DNA of 64,000 nt from Balanoglossus misakiensis (Eukaryota > Animalia > Hemichordata), in assembly GCA_040954595.2 (NCBI GenBank), contig CM082589.2, positions 2,926,113-2,990,112 on the forward strand, read 5' to 3'. Numbering within the stretch: position 1 is the stretch's first letter; each line of letters opens with the position of its first letter. Shown one piece after another: positions 26,114 through 40,596 of this stretch. Position numbers and translations under genes: made by a program. The notes beneath the pieces are model-generated. The model ran no database searches and was not told where the DNA came from. It saw only the letters and a program-made list of their open reading frames with translations.

Positions 26114-29100
26114 CCTCTCTCTTTTTCTATTAGTCTTCCGCCCGCCCATCTCACTAGGGCGAGGGTGCCCACATCGCTCTGACTTCAAGAAGTCAATCAG
26201 AAGGACACGCGAATACCGCCCTTTTATGCAGACACTGTCGTTTTCAAAATGGCGATCGAAAGAAAAAGCGGAAACGCGCAAGACCTTCGGGGCTTGTGGA
26301 TTTTTGTCGTGTTGATTACACCCTGCGCCGTTGTGTCAAAAGTCACTGAGTTCTGTGCCAACACGTCATATCAATGCGGCACTGTCGATTGAGTAGGGGT
26401 TAGAAAAAAGCGAAAATCTCGGCAATTTTGAAATAATTTCATCAAGGCGAGCCCTTCAGTCGGACCATGTCCCCCATGGCCGACCATGTCAAAAATCGAG
26501 ATCCATCTTGCCAATTTTTATTATTCATCCCCGTTTTGATCTAACAAGTGGTAGAAAGCGCGCGGACAAAATAACATCGTGGCGCAGCCGCCTAAGCGCC
26601 CGCCTCATTTGCATAGAATTGCACATCGTTTGTCGAACAGGCATTCAAGCATGTATATATGCCAGGCTGAATAGAAACACCAGTTTTGAAACATTGTTGG
26701 TAAAACTCAAGGTTAACGATCGTAATCCCTGTATCACAGTCCCTAAACCCGGCCAATTTCACTGCGTACGAATTCACTCCATAGGAAACTGATCATCCTC
26801 GATACTGGTGGTATGTAGAAAAATTCCCCGACTGAAAGTTCAGGGCGCCCAATCCGCATCACGATTTCAGTCACAAAAGAGGGTCGGAAAAAATCGTCTA
26901 TCCAAGCAGAGCCTGACCTCCGCTCTCAGCGCCATTATTTCGCAATTCATGCCCCCCCCCCCAACACGGCCATTTTTGAGACAGAATAAGGCAACGGTCA
27001 GGTGTTGCGACGCTCTCTCTGCCTCTCCTTGTTTTCTGTGTCTATTCAACTGAAAGGGGCTTTTGTTGGCACGGTCTGCGTATCTGACTGGTCCCAGGAG
27101 ATTTGCCCCTAAACCACGATTTTTGATGCTGGCTGCATTGTCATTCAATGCGCGTTGAACGCCAGGCATCTGTTTCGTGGCCTGTTGATGTTGTTCACTC
27201 TCCGTCACGCTTCTGGTTCCGTAGAAAAAATAGGGCCTGAAAAAACACGAGCCTCCCCTTTTTTCATTCTTTTAAAAGAAAATAAAACCATCTCTCTTCG
27301 TTGCACGTAATTGTTTTCAAAACCCTCCGCTATGAGAAAACGCCCCGTCTCGTTATAAGGGAAAATTGGTAAATCGGAGTTGAGCAGAATTTGTCGGAAA
27401 TTCGGGTCTTGAGTTAATAGGCATTAAGCCCCATTCATTTGGAATGTTTTGTTGTGCGTGATATGTTGCCAACTATAAGATACGTTTACACCACTTAGGC
27501 TCCATAATTTATTATTTCAAGTAGCGCTTGGCGACCTCTGACCTTCGGACTGTTTTCAACAGCCCCGGCCCATTGTTGGCGGGCGTATTCAGAACCAACG
27601 CAAAAGAGGCGTAAATTCTGGCTGCCCGACGATTTGAAAGCTCTGAGCTTCATTATAGCCAATCCGGGGTCTTTCAGCCCGGCAATCAAGTGATAGTACA
27701 ATAAGTAAACTGGAATGGAGACAACAGAAATTGCTAAATCAAATGATAGCTTGTGATTTGTATGCCTTCAGGGGGGTTACCGACGGCTTTGGGAGCTGAC
27801 TGGCGGTGGGGGTGCTGCGCGCACCTGTAAAACAGTTTGTTTTCGGCGAATTTCAGTCACTCTTGACTAGATCGTTTTCAGATTCCCGAATTAGAATGCA
27901 CACTGGCGCACCTAAATCGGAAGTCTAGTAAGAGTTACTTTGACTACTGGTCACCAGCTGAGTTGTCGAGCTATTGTACACTTCCCCCCTTTTTAACTTC
28001 TTTCTGTGAATGGTCGTCTGGATCTTACACAGCGTCATCCCGAGAATAAATTATGACCCCCTTGAGTAAGTTAAGTGGCAAAAAACCAACAGATTGGTTG
28101 TACTGCCAGAAGGAGCTCAAAGCAACACCACTTGATAATATGAAAAGTTATTGACAAAAGAGAGTTTTTTGTTGACACACCCAAATTGACGTGATCTTGG
28201 AGAGGGGCGTCAAAACGTCACCGGCGATGTTCATTGCGATGATGTCGATTTCAGCCGCCGTTGCCGCGCGCCGTTCCGTTACGGGCAATCGACAGAGCTA
28301 TGCATGCGAGGCGGGCAGAGTTTGCCCTACAGCGGTGGCATTATCCTGATTGCTTCACACTACCACGTACTTTGATTAGGCGCTTTTTATCCCCACATTG
28401 CCGTAAGTCTTGATGAACTTCCCGGCTCTCCGGGGATAGCCGAATGAATGGACTTTCCTCCGACGCTTTCGATATCAGCGCGACCATCAATCCTATAGGT
28501 TATTTGTTTGCATGATGGTGAAATTCGCACCAGTTCGCCCCACCTTAACAAAAAGATGCGCTCATCATTCGATCACGCCATTTAATAGCTGTAATTCTCC
28601 CCCAAAGCAAAACTCCCAGCCTCAAACACCGCGCGCCGCTTACAGCTTAGAACAGTTACCTATTACCATAAAACGGCTTAAGACTCCCAAGTTCATGGTT
28701 GGCGTTATACGGGATAACGACAAAGCAATTTATTTGTTACAGACACTGCTAATCCCAGCCTGCCATGGGTCGTATTTTTCACCCAGATCGTAAAAAAGAC
28801 CCTCACATTTATGCCTGTATAAAACTAATCCGAAGGTGGTGACCATTTTTATCTTCTTGCGGGTTTAGTTTGTTTGTTGTTTTGGTGTGTGGTGGGGTTT
28901 TCGTTTGAGAAGGGGGGTTCTTCGCCGTACAATTTTCTCACGCTGTCCTCTCAGACCTATTTTATTTTCGTCATCCTTTACGATCGATGTCCACGTTGCA
29001 TCTGTGAAAAGATTAGGGCTAGCACCAATACCAGGTAACTGGTCAACCTTGAACACCATGGGAAACAAACATGTGAAGGGAAATCTGTTTCTCTAAACTG

Positions 29101-32100
29101 CCACTAATTTTAGCAACGCTGCACACACAACAAAGTAGGATGGGTTGTTTATCTAGATTATCAGTAGTTAAAGATGTGCATTTCAAAGCAGGGTTGTTGT
29201 TTTTCTCAGTAGATTGTCAGAGGTTTAATATGTGCATGCATTTCACACTGTAGCGTTTTCTGAAAAATCGGTTTAACAGGTAGTCTAAAACACAAACCAA
29301 AACAAACATGCAGAAATGGATTCTGACCTTAAAATGAATATGGACCGCATTATCGTTTACTTGTTTTTTTTTAACTTGACGTTGTTAAAGAACTTCGCTA
29401 AGTGCCCTATAAATCAGTTTACCCGTCTTTGTGTAATGTCCTTTTTTCACATCTAATGAATCGATCTTAAGTTCTTTGTTTGAGGTTTTTTGTGGAGCTA
29501 AACGAGTTTCGAGTTTGTTCCGCCGAGATTTATGTCCCACTGTGGTTTAGAAAATCAAGGCAGAAATGGCGGTACGGTCAACGTTTATGACGAAGTCGAT
29601 CACGGACACCGGGCGCGACGACGTGACAGTCTGGAGCGTCCAGTGCCCCTTAACTTTCTTGGAATTCGAAAACGGGCTCCCAGCGACGGAGCAGTCAGTA
29701 CAGCGCAATACCTGTCGGGGTTGCACGGTTGAACGTTATTGAGGAAATTGCTCCGGACAGTTTGATAAGCGAGCAATCTACTCGCTCTCTTCTCCTCCGC
29801 CTTCAAATCATCTCAGTATTTAAAAAACCGCTCGTTCCAGTTTCGTTTTTTCCCCATCTAGACTGTTTCCTAAAGTGCTGACCGTGACGTCACAAATACT
29901 TGCAACTAAGAAATATTATACAGGCGAAGTCGAGCGCTTGGGATAATTTATTTAAAGGGTTACCATTCAATTTCAGGATAAAACAGTTTCCAGTGTAAGT
30001 AGCCGCGCCGGATATCAGATGAAGTATTGCAGTGATTGTTATTTAACCCCCCCTCACCCCTATTCCCTGAGCAACATTGACTAGTCCCTTTAGCACTGAG
30101 TAGGAGAGGTCAGTTCATTTTTACAGCGAATCGGGGTAGAGGCGATTAATCTTCGACTTGGACCCTCTCTTAATATTTCATGTTGTTGGCTGCGGGGGTC
30201 AGTGTTTAAATTCTCCGTATGCATACACGTCTATCACACAGGGATGCATGTAGTAGGTTTTAGCTACATATTGCACACCTCTGCATACTGGAAGTGGAAT
30301 TAACTGTTCAACTCTAGGCGCCGGTGCAGTCGAGCTGACCACATGATCCCGGCAGCGGGTCAAATTTTTACCTAGTCAAAACTGCCCAAACTTGTAATTC
30401 ATTTCATGCATCATCGTTGCACAGGCGTTTCAAATGGTCGTATATCACGCGCATGCATGCCCCTCTCCCCCTTCTCATCCGGGGACCTGCTCACAGCTAT
30501 AATACGTCAGAGTTACAGGACCTGACATTTTTGCTGTGGCAAGGGTGCCGATTTACGACAACGAGCGGAATGTTCGAGTACAGAAACAATGTTGACAACC
30601 TGAAGGGTAAAAAAGGGAAGAGAGAAATATCGTTTCTTCGGGGCTAGTGTGTGGATGAGTGAATTCGTGTACCTGTCATCGGTAACGAGGTAATCGTCAC
30701 TTAGGGAGTGGACATATGCCGCTCGAGGGGTCACTTTTTATTGTCAGCTCAGACCTCAGCCCCCCCCCCCCCCCCGATGGCTTTCAAATGAACCCTACGG
30801 TCCAGCTACCATCATCATTATCATCATCACCCCGCAACTACCAAAGATATTAAACAGCGATTCCACCAAACCCGCCATATTCGTTCCCACACTTCGGAAA
30901 TGGACGTAACCGGGCGATTTCTAATGTCGCTTCAGGATACCGGCGTCTCCTCTCCGATTGCGGTGATGGATTATTTTCGGCAGTGGATCCAAATGTCATC
31001 GCCATGGCAACTTTAAAACCGGCGGCGTCATCCATTCCAGCAGTGAAGCCCCCACTAGCACATATACAAATATTTCTCTTGTTTCCTTATAACCGTGTTA
31101 ACATTGTGTGTATAAAAGCAATCACCGGTGTCACGTACAGTTCTAACACATGACGCGATGTATTTCTGTGTCTGGCCTGTGTATTAATTCTGCAATATCT
31201 CACATGACAGGTTGTTTTATTTATATCGGTGTCATAAAAACATTAAAAAATATGCTAATTCTGAAAAATTTGCTGGAAGCGTTTTGCGAGAGCTGTTCGT
31301 GTACTTGCCATCGAACCAATTCATCTTTGTACACTTAAATATCTCATAACAAAATGGCTTATGGCAATATTTATTTTAGTGATCATAAACCCTGATGCCT
31401 AATAAAAACAACAAATTACTCGCTGAATTTCGAGTAAATTTTATTGTCACGGTCCAATTTGGCGCGCAGGCTTTAATCGCCAGACTTGGCCAATTGGTGG
31501 AAACGGACATGGGTTTCCCTCTGACCGTGACGAAGTGGTCACTTAGTGACCGCGTTGTGCCTTTCTCTCTGTGTCTCTCTGCCTGGCTCTCTTTAGCATT
31601 CTCTCCCGACGTGACATTTAACGTTGGCTGTTTCCTGGGAATGATTGATTGGCTCGACTTTTTACCGATTCTGTCGTCGACTTTGTCTTTTTTTTATTCG
31701 TGGAAATGCGGGTTGATAATCGCCATTGCAGTAAATCAACCGAGATGTAACATTTGTTTAACGACGGCATCAATGTTTGTGGTTAGGGTTCGTGTTTTTA
31801 TTTTGCCATGTTTTTTGATCCTGTGTTTTTATTGCATGTGATATGGGACAGCCAAGCCTTCAAAAGTGCAAACTGTTTCCCGTTGAAATCACTTGTATTT
31901 CAAAATTGTGCATAGTTCTTCTATCTGGCTCGCTCGATTATCCCTTCGTCTTACCCCCTCCCCCCCCCCCCCCCTCAACTAAAAGACTACCGCAGACCTC
32001 GACCAATTTCTCGGCTGAAAACCGAGCAGAACCCCCCTTTTCCTGAAATTTCCCAAAACTTGTTAATTAAAAGATAACCCCATTTATAATTAATACAAAA

Positions 32101-35100
32101 TAGTTGAACCTTGAAGTGAGCGGCAAGAGCTGAGATCTGTATCACCGTGTCTCGTCGCCGCTTCGCACCAGATTGCTCTCGCTGTTTCTCCATCTGCGTC
32201 GGTCTGTGAGACTTGCGCTACGTCCTAGCAGCGTCCAGAAAGACAAAATCAGAAAATAGTCGTGTATTTCTCCTGCCCTAACTATACCGCTACATGTTGT
32301 ACTACTGAAATGAATCTTTCGCATTTACCTAAGTTCAACTCAAAAACGCTCTCTCTTTGACCGTGTTGTCACCTGCGCCGGACAAATAACCAGAGAGCTA
32401 GGGAGTTCCGAAAGATCGATGTGCAAGCACCAGGGTTGGCAGTCTAGCAAAAGACATGATTTGGGCAGCGGGTCAAGCTATACTTAATGAACAGCGTCCA
32501 CCCCGCTCTGTATCTTGTCGACAAAACGTCGGATTGAGTTACATGTCAACGGAATATTTATTCGGCAATTTCAGCGGCACGGCAGATCATTTTCCCGGTA
32601 ATTTCGTTGGAGCGCCCGCCGAGGAAATCGACCTGTCCCATTTTATAGCATCACTCATGCGTTCTTTAGTCAGTAATGTGTGTCGTATTTCATCGCAAAT
32701 ACACACGTACACCGAAAACACACCAGTCCGCCGCGCAATATATTTATACAAGCGTGTGTATATACCTGTGCTTGCCGAGGTAGCCGCTATGCCACAAATC
32801 TTTCCACTATAAATGCCGAAAGCCTCTCTTATGCGCGAAAGACAGAACTTAGCTTAGCATGGCGCTGACAACAATCACGCTCTGTAGGAGACAGACGAGT
32901 TCCGGATGGCTGGAGTTTGTCGCTGCCCCCCCCCCCTCCCCCAAAAAACCATGAACCTAATTTCCCACTTCTTCGTAGATTTATTCGCTTTAATCGTTGA
33001 AGTTACACAGCGAAGGGAATATTTCCCAGCGTCAAGGCTTTACGAGAAAATGTGTCGACATTCAATTTCCACCACCATTTAAAAACCGGTGAGCTGCACT
33101 ATTGAAATCTTGGCCGATGGCTACGCAAGACAAATTACTTTCATAAGCCAGTTATTTTTACCTGAGCACATCTAGTCTATTGTTTTCTTTTTTGATCGGA
33201 GCGCGGATTAAATTTCACCATTGTTTGACGCCGGATTGAATTTGCAAATTTGTTTCCTTTATTTGGAACTAAATCGGTGAGTATTATTTTTCTGTCAGTG
33301 TCCCCCTGGGTAGGGCGCGAAGGATAATTGTCTTCAAACAGAGAAAGATTGATTAATTTATAAAAACCGAGCGAATATTTGCCTGACGGATAATATTGTG
33401 TACATAATAAACAGGATAGAAGAATAATAAACAGAAGAAATTATTCCAGATATTTAGTTCTGTAGAATTAGTCTGTAGAGGAAGCTGAAAACAAAGATGA
33501 GCAATTCTTTCAGACAATGTAAACGCCATAGGCGGTAGATTTGTTATTTTTGCCGTGATAAATTTCTGATGCTTACGTCATATTGAGTGTGTCGGGGTTT
33601 TTTTCACCCGAAAAGGATTTTTCTCTTTTTTTTACAATAACAAATATAACAAAGGTTATTAACGATTGGTACATGTTTTGACACAAAAAGGGGAATGTTA
33701 ACAATAGAATATGAGCGTGTCTCGAAGGTACATTATATTCAAACACAGACCTGTTTAGTGGGATTTGGGTATTATTAAAGGACAAAATGGCGACGTGGAA
33801 TCGAAGTTGCCGCGCAGTGAACTTAAACTTGACGAAGATGTGACCAATCGCACAAAAGAACAAAGAACTCGCAAACGAAGCAGCTGGCAGCCAAACGAAA
33901 TTTAGTCCATGGCGTGAAAATAGAATTAAATGAGACATGTTGAAGAAAATATGGCCTGAATATATGGCAGACGACAAGTGAGAACGCGGGAAACTATAGG
34001 TGTCTGTCTTTCCGGTTTTTGTTACCAGGGGGCGTCGGCAGAAGCAAAACCAATACACCCACGCCAGAACCGGTGCCACTGCATGAAATAGTCATTAAAA
34101 GATGTACCATTTAATACTAAGACGATAAATCAGTTGTGATTTCAAAAAGAAAAAAAGAAATCTGGGCCCATTCTTTCATGCACGGTTGACAAGAACTTGC
34201 AAATTTGGTCGCTGAAGCAAGATGATGGATGGTCGTACCACATTGCGCTATTATATTTTCCGCCAGTTTGGCCACCAGTCGTTGCCTTTCCCCCATTGTG
34301 AGAGTCTCACTTCTGGCGATTCCAGCCTGTCGTTGGGGGGATGGCGGCCATGTTGCAGAACACAACTCTCAGTTTCTTTGACCCGGCTGGTGTTGTACCA
34401 CTGCCGGCGCGTTTCGGCCTCCTTTTATTCCTTCAATTTTTTTTCTGAGGTGTATTTTTTTCGGCGATTGTCCCGCTCCACCAGCTGACCTCTCCGGTGC
34501 TCGTAATTTTCTTTACGCAACATTACTTTTTCAACAGTCTGTCACAGGTCGCTCTTCTAGGCATCGACGAATACATATGAGGTGAACCATTGTAGAAACA
34601 GAATACAACCCCTGTACCGAATCCATCCGGTTTTACATTTTCACCCCCGACTCACAATCAATCAAAGATGCTCTATTCCAGCCGCTTCCTATTCGATCAC
34701 TGACTGAAGTCCCGGCCGCGACAATACCCTTAAAAGTGTCATCAACACGGCGTTGACATGTATACTGCAATTGGGGGACACGGATGCCTACTGACTCTAT
34801 ATAAAGCTAATTTTCAGTCGGTACTTAGTATTGTGTCGGGCAAAGGAAGCAATTTTCGATAGCTTTTCAATACGAGAGGACGCAACCCGGTCGGGTATTT
34901 CTTTTTAACAGTATTCCAATTCCCCTCCACCATTGGACTATTATCGCGGCTTTCGAACAACAGACCTGGTTGGCTATTGTTCACACGCCATCTGCTTGTG
35001 TTTCAACATTCGAGACCTTTTTACAGCCCTTTTGCGTCCCTCTTCCTCTGTCATACACACCCATAGTCTGTGACAACCGCCAAACTCCAGATATATGTGC

Positions 35101-36350
35101 AAAGTATTATCTGCGTGCACGAAAACGGTTCCAGGTGCGCGAAACGCCGTAAATTTCGCCGGCCGGGACGGTGTCATTCGCGGAAGAGTAGCCGAGAATT
35201 TTTAGGGGGTTGTCCTGACGCTGATCTACCCGCCTGAAATTTCTGCGAGGAGCTCGCCGGCTAAACGCGCCAGTAATGGGCCCTCTAATTACCCCTTGGA
35301 GGCAGCGCCAGCAACAGACCTGACGTACCAATCGAACTTTTAGTGCCGTAATTTCTGTCGATTATAGGCAAGTACCAGTGTTAAGCAGTTAAGTGGACTA
35401 GATTCGCGTCATGCGTTATCGGCACAGGCACCGTTACGCCGTCTCCCCGGCCCGGCCCAAACCCAGTGCCCTATTAATCATCCAGTCATCTTATAATTTC
35501 CACGGCACCCGATAATCGTTTCCGCCAGCACAACAAATAATTGTCACATTTAGCCTTCAGTCAGCCGCCATATTTGACATCGCAGTTTGCCTCTGTTTGT
35601 ACATATACATATTTTGATATTTTGTTTTATCTTTTTACCCTCAGTGGTAAGGTATTAATTGCTCTCTGAAAGTGCGCCCTCGCCGTCGACCTGCCGTCTG
35701 ACCCCATCTTGTCATTTAATATCACATAAATTTGATAAAACTAACACACTAATTTGATTGTGGTTGTGAAAAACAAACCTTTCCCGCACACTACTGAGAA
35801 ATTTGTCATAATTTCACCCTGTGAGATAGGCACAGACAACGTGGCGACGGAGCAATCACGCGCTACCGTTACATTAGCTCTTGACGACCACAACAAAAAT
35901 TTTATGTTGGAAAACATAAAAGCGAGATTTCTCCAATAAACTGTCGTCGCAGCGGTGTGGATATAAAAACAGTAGGAAAGTACATACAGATGTTAACAGG
36001 CAGGAAGTTATTACCATATTTCATCGTGGGCCATAAAGAGCACATGTAAAATAAGAGAAAATAACACGATTACCATACATATCTGTATCAACAGAACGTT
36101 AATAAACTGTCCTCTGTGACAATCACTACGGTTTTTACGACATTCGCTGGAACAGTTCTTTATCTTACAATTAAGGAAAGGAAAAATATGAACTTAATAG
36201 GTTTTCTTTAGTGATGAGCCCTTCTGATCTGTGTCAACTTCATATTTCCGCCATGGCGCGAACAATGGTGTAAAAGCTATATATACAGTACAAAGAACCT
36301 AACAGGCGCGCGTGTAATGTAATATGTCTGGATCGTGCCTGTAGTTTAAC

Positions 36351-36473
36351 ACTGACTGACTGACTGACTGACTGACTGACTGAATGAATGAATGAATGAA
36401 TGAATGAATGAATGAATGAATGAATGAATGAATGAATGAATGAATGAATGAATGAATGAATGAATGAATGAAT
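36351..36473. repeat. Compound microsatellite (ACTG)n(AATG)n
   Basis: Directly visible perfect tetranucleotide repeats. Confidence 0.97.
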
Positions 36474-39400
36474 CCGATCTTTAATGGCGATGGTTGTTCT
36501 CAGCAATCCTCGGCGGTGAGCAATTTAGTTGATAAAGATGTCAAATTCGACTGGTATAAAGTAGGGGTTGGGCTGTTATTTTGCGAGAAGGTCACCATTT
36601 GATGAACTGAGCCAGCACCTTTGGAGCTTCCATTGATTCAAGACACATGCCTGCCTATTTTAAGGGACAGATTTCCCTTCCCACGTCCCAATTAAATCGA
36701 CTTATGGACCTGCTAGTTTGGAGAGGATTGTCGAAGGCCAAAACTTCGGATTTCGAGTCAATTAAAATAAATATATCTGCTCAATTGTATCGATTTTCTT
36801 TTATACGGGGAGATTTATAATTACTTGCGGGATGTTTCACCTTGGAAATTCGCGAAGCAGAACATATAAGTAGTTGAGGTTTGGTTTTCGATCGACATTT
36901 CATTAAAAACTGATAATTTTTTATTACTCTGTTTTGGCGGGAAACCCAGCCAGACGACATTTGGCAAAGCGCACCTTTTGTGTTCATTAGTACAGTTGGT
37001 TCTTATCATGCGTGTCGAAATCATATATCATTTCAACAATCGTTTCAAGACAATTTGTAAACTTTTCCTCACATCATTGAACTCTGTCTCTAGAGCATGT
37101 TGAGTGGCTGTGGACTTGACACCGATGTTGCTTTTAGAAGTCCGCCATTAATTTTCTTTGTTGTTTCAGTAAACGCTGACTGCGCAAGAGGCAGAGGGGA
37201 AAGCATTTATGATGTATGATATGACAAAATGACACTTAAATGATAAACACGTATTTTGAAAACTACTGACACAGTCTTCATTCATTTTACCCACACTGAA
37301 GCCTCCCTAAGTCGTCTGAAATTTTACTAAGCTGGCGGCAAAAATCAATCTGAAAAAAGTGTTATCTGACGTAGAACATGATAACTTGGGGTCCCAAAAT
37401 CAAGCGTGGTGGCGGCTCATTTGTAAAATCTGAAAATAAAACGCGTTTAAGCCTTCAGACCAGCTGTAGTTTCATAAGCGTGTATCCTTACTAAAACTTG
37501 CACCATCTCCTAGGGAGCTCAATCGGTAGAATTCATGGGACATTTTGACACTCTCATAATTTCATCAGCACGTGTTCGGTCACTTTTGTTTCATTATCTT
37601 TACAATCAGATCAAGAATTACCGGCAGCAGTGGAAAGAAAAGTGTCAATTTTCTCCTGAAATCGACCCAATAGATCGTTTTGTTGTGAACGGCAAGCAAC
37701 GAGACGCCTGTGCTGACAGTAATACTTTGTGAAATATTGGCATTGCCACGCCTATGGAACTGCCTTAATCCATCATGGCGGCCGGTCGAATCGGGGTCTC
37801 GCAATATGTCCATGAATATTTAATATTAGCAAATATCGCCTAGTTCCTATGGGCATATTTAGAGCAATTATGGCAAGTTTTGTTGAAAATATAAATCACG
37901 CTCATAGAAATGTTGGACTGACAACTCATTGGTGCTTTGCAATCATTTGTCTTTCTGCCCAAAACAACGCCAGCCTTAAATGTGCAAGTTTATCGGCCAA
38001 TAAAAAAAGCGCGAAGATTATTCAAACTTCAAGAGTGATACAAAACGACAACATATCAACAATGCTGAGCAAAGCGGCGCTTATTATGCTATAATTTTGT
38101 CAATTCAAACAATTTGATTTAGAAGTCAGCCAAGCGAAAGATATTATATGCACGTGATAGGCAAACTAATGTCCCGGCATCGAATCGAATTGCGCATTGT
38201 TGTGAAGGAAAACTTCTCTCTCTGACGGTCGGGCACGGGGGCTTACAATGCTAGTTATAGCCTAATACACTTAGTTTTATATGAATATTTTTCTTTCTGA
38301 CAAACCATTTATCCTCGTAAGTGCAGTTTTAACATGGAGGGGCTGTTGATGATGTGAAAAGCGTGTTTTGTCGTTCAGCTAACCTATCGTGGTCATCATA
38401 AAATGTTGCTTTATCAAATTCATTTCTCCTGGTTTTGAGTTGAAAGGGGTGCCTCATTCACTCGAGTGTCGATTCAAGTACGGGCTCTTTAAAATACATT
38501 GAAATTGAAGGAACATTTCATTAACATGGTAAGAACGGTCTTGAGGTGAATTGGCTTAACCTCTGACCCCAATCCTTATTTATATGCAAAATAGTGAGTA
38601 TGAAATAAAAGATAAAAACCTGGACGGCTACGAGGTACCTTATTTGGAGTCCTGTGAAGTTAAGCCGAAAACCGCGTTTGGATTGCAAAATCAATTTTGA
38701 CTAATGTTAGATATGAACCTACACGGACGTCGGGTTTAAAGAGAAGGGCCTCTTGTCATTGTGGAGCAAACTACGTGGAAATAATGGTTAAGTTTACATA
38801 GATAATTATATATATTTATATACACTCTCAAATTGAACTGCGTCTTGAGAATTGGCTATGGAGTGAAAATGGACGATTGTGTCCGTCTAGTCTGCAAGAG
38901 TCAGCCACTTAGGTAATTGTATCTTTGCGTATGAAATAATCCCTGTATAAACTGTCTGGGAATGAATTCATTTGGAATCGCGATAAAGTTTTTAAAAGGC
39001 CGTCTGTATTCGTCGTCATTGTGAGTTTTTTATTCGCTTAATCACAATTGAACGAATATCACTGCTCGCTTGTGGTTTGAAAGATGACGTCAGGGCGAGT
39101 GAAATTAGTGTGCGCACACAAAGGTGGAGAAAGGGCGGGAAGGCAATAGAGCAAATAGACTCGTTTGGGTTGAAAAAAACGGGAGAGCTCCACAACTCTA
39201 TGCACACCACGCGTCTATGTGGACCGCAATAGGAATTGAATTTTCGATGCGTCAAAATTTTCATCCCCGCTTACAAATTGCTTTCAATAAAAATTGGCAG
39301 TTGTGAGTTAGATAACGAATCATTTTCTGCGTCTGGGTGTCAGATTATTCATCGAAATTTTATCGAATTAACGCCTCGCCTGTTCACCTGGGAACCGAAG

Positions 39401-39943
39401 AACCGGCTTTTGGCATTCGCGCCACGCTGTCGATTTTATCAAGTGAGAATTGTCTTTAATTGTGGTGTGGAGAAGATTGCTCCCCCAGTATAGCGGAGTT
39501 AATTGGCTATTTGCTGACGGAAAACGGCGCGAAAGAACATTGAGATATCTAACCAGCCGCTCGGTGCACGCCGCCACTGGAGACACCTGGGAACTTTTCA
39601 CAGGGGATATCAACTTTGTAAAATTCTAAGTGAAAAAGTATGATAACATTTGCCATATTAATGGAGCGGCTATATTTTGCGCGGGTTGATGGGTGGGAAA
39701 GGAAATGAAACCACGACGCGGGACTTTTCCTTGTTGTGGGTTTTTATTTTAGTGAACATGTTACCTTCCTTTGGACCAGAATTGATTATTACATTAGTGG
39801 TTCTGTTTTTTTCATTTATGGCCTTTCCCTGTCTTGGCATCCGCAAGTTCGGTTATTGTTTCTAGCGATGTTAATAATCTGGTTATTGTTCTAATTGCGC
39901 GATTGGAGAGTGTACGTAGATTCTTCCTGGGGTTACGCTGTTA

Positions 39944-39991
39944 GTTGGTTGGTTGATTGGATGGATGGATGGATGGATGGATGGATGGATG
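39944..39991. repeat. Microsatellite (GTTG)n(GATG)n
   Basis: Visible repeat about 85 bp upstream of the 40075 acceptor. Confidence 0.9.
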
Positions 39992-40074
39992 TACACCATC
40001 AATGACAAATGAAAGCTATAGTCAGTACCCACTTTTTATTAACAAATAGCGGGTTATCTCTTTGTTATTTTCAG

Positions 40075-40216
40075 GGGAAGCTGTGCATTTAGCGCGAGAT
40101 TTCGGTTACGTCAGTGAAACAGAGTTCCCTGCCAGACAACTAGCCGAATACATAGCAAGGCAACATTCGGACCCCACCGAACAACAAACCAGAAGAAACA
40201 TGGTCTTAGCTGCAAA
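40075..40216 (+). CDS. TFAP2: TFAP2/AP-2 internal coding exon (start of helix-span-helix; equivalent to exon 6)
   Basis: Acceptor tctctttgttattttcAG|gg, donor gcaaa|GTAAGT; 142 bp. Translates (G)[46 protein letters not shown](K). Phase is compatible with both neighbouring exons. Confidence 0.97.
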
Positions 40217-40596
40217 GTAAGTCCTTCTACCTTTGCCCTCGCCCTCTAGGCTACCATGCCCCTTCTCAAACAGTCGTCCTGAATTACTAAACATGTGGTT
40301 GTCTTTAGGTCCGCTCACTGCCTTTTCGAAAGATCGCTCGATGGTTATGAGTTAAATTAGCTATTTCAGTTAGCCTTCTTAGCTATTTCTGAAACACATC
40401 TTGTGTTTAGAGATTATTTTCAAGGTCATGTATTCACAGCACCGCAGGGAGGGGGATTTTAAAGCTTTCATTGCAAAGAATATTGAGCTAACGAATTTCT
40501 AAAGATGGCGGACACTTTGCTCGTGCAATAGACTACAGTCGCGAAAGGCACACTGGGTATTAATCACGTGCATGTTTCCTCCTCTTTCATTGGCAG
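40217..40596 (+). other. TFAP2: TFAP2 last intron, 380 bp (GT-AG, phase 2)
   Basis: GTAAGT...ttggcAG; joining rebuilds LAAKQVCKE. Confidence 0.95.

Larger units (their letters stand above)
21919..40074 (+). other. TFAP2: TFAP2 intron, 18,156 bp (GT-AG, phase 1)
   Basis: Bounded by GTGAGT and a pyrimidine tract plus CAG; joining the exons rebuilds the invariant SLVEGEAVHLA. Confidence 0.93.

Noticed and set aside
33590-34110. Possible Crypton-like or other interspersed repeat (also ~35900-36350 and ~37300-37520)
   Set aside because: Impression only; no defined ends or coding remnant, so it needs a repeat library search.
556-39865. Numerous 60-170 aa ORFs in the track as separate genes
   Set aside because: No recognisable domains, low-complexity or random composition, and several are just microsatellite translations (11609-11917, 36240-36506). 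They lie within TFAP2 introns.
40568-40596. N-terminus [10 protein letters not shown] of the 117-aa ORF as a real start
   Set aside because: This is the intron's pyrimidine tract and acceptor; the exon begins at 40597.
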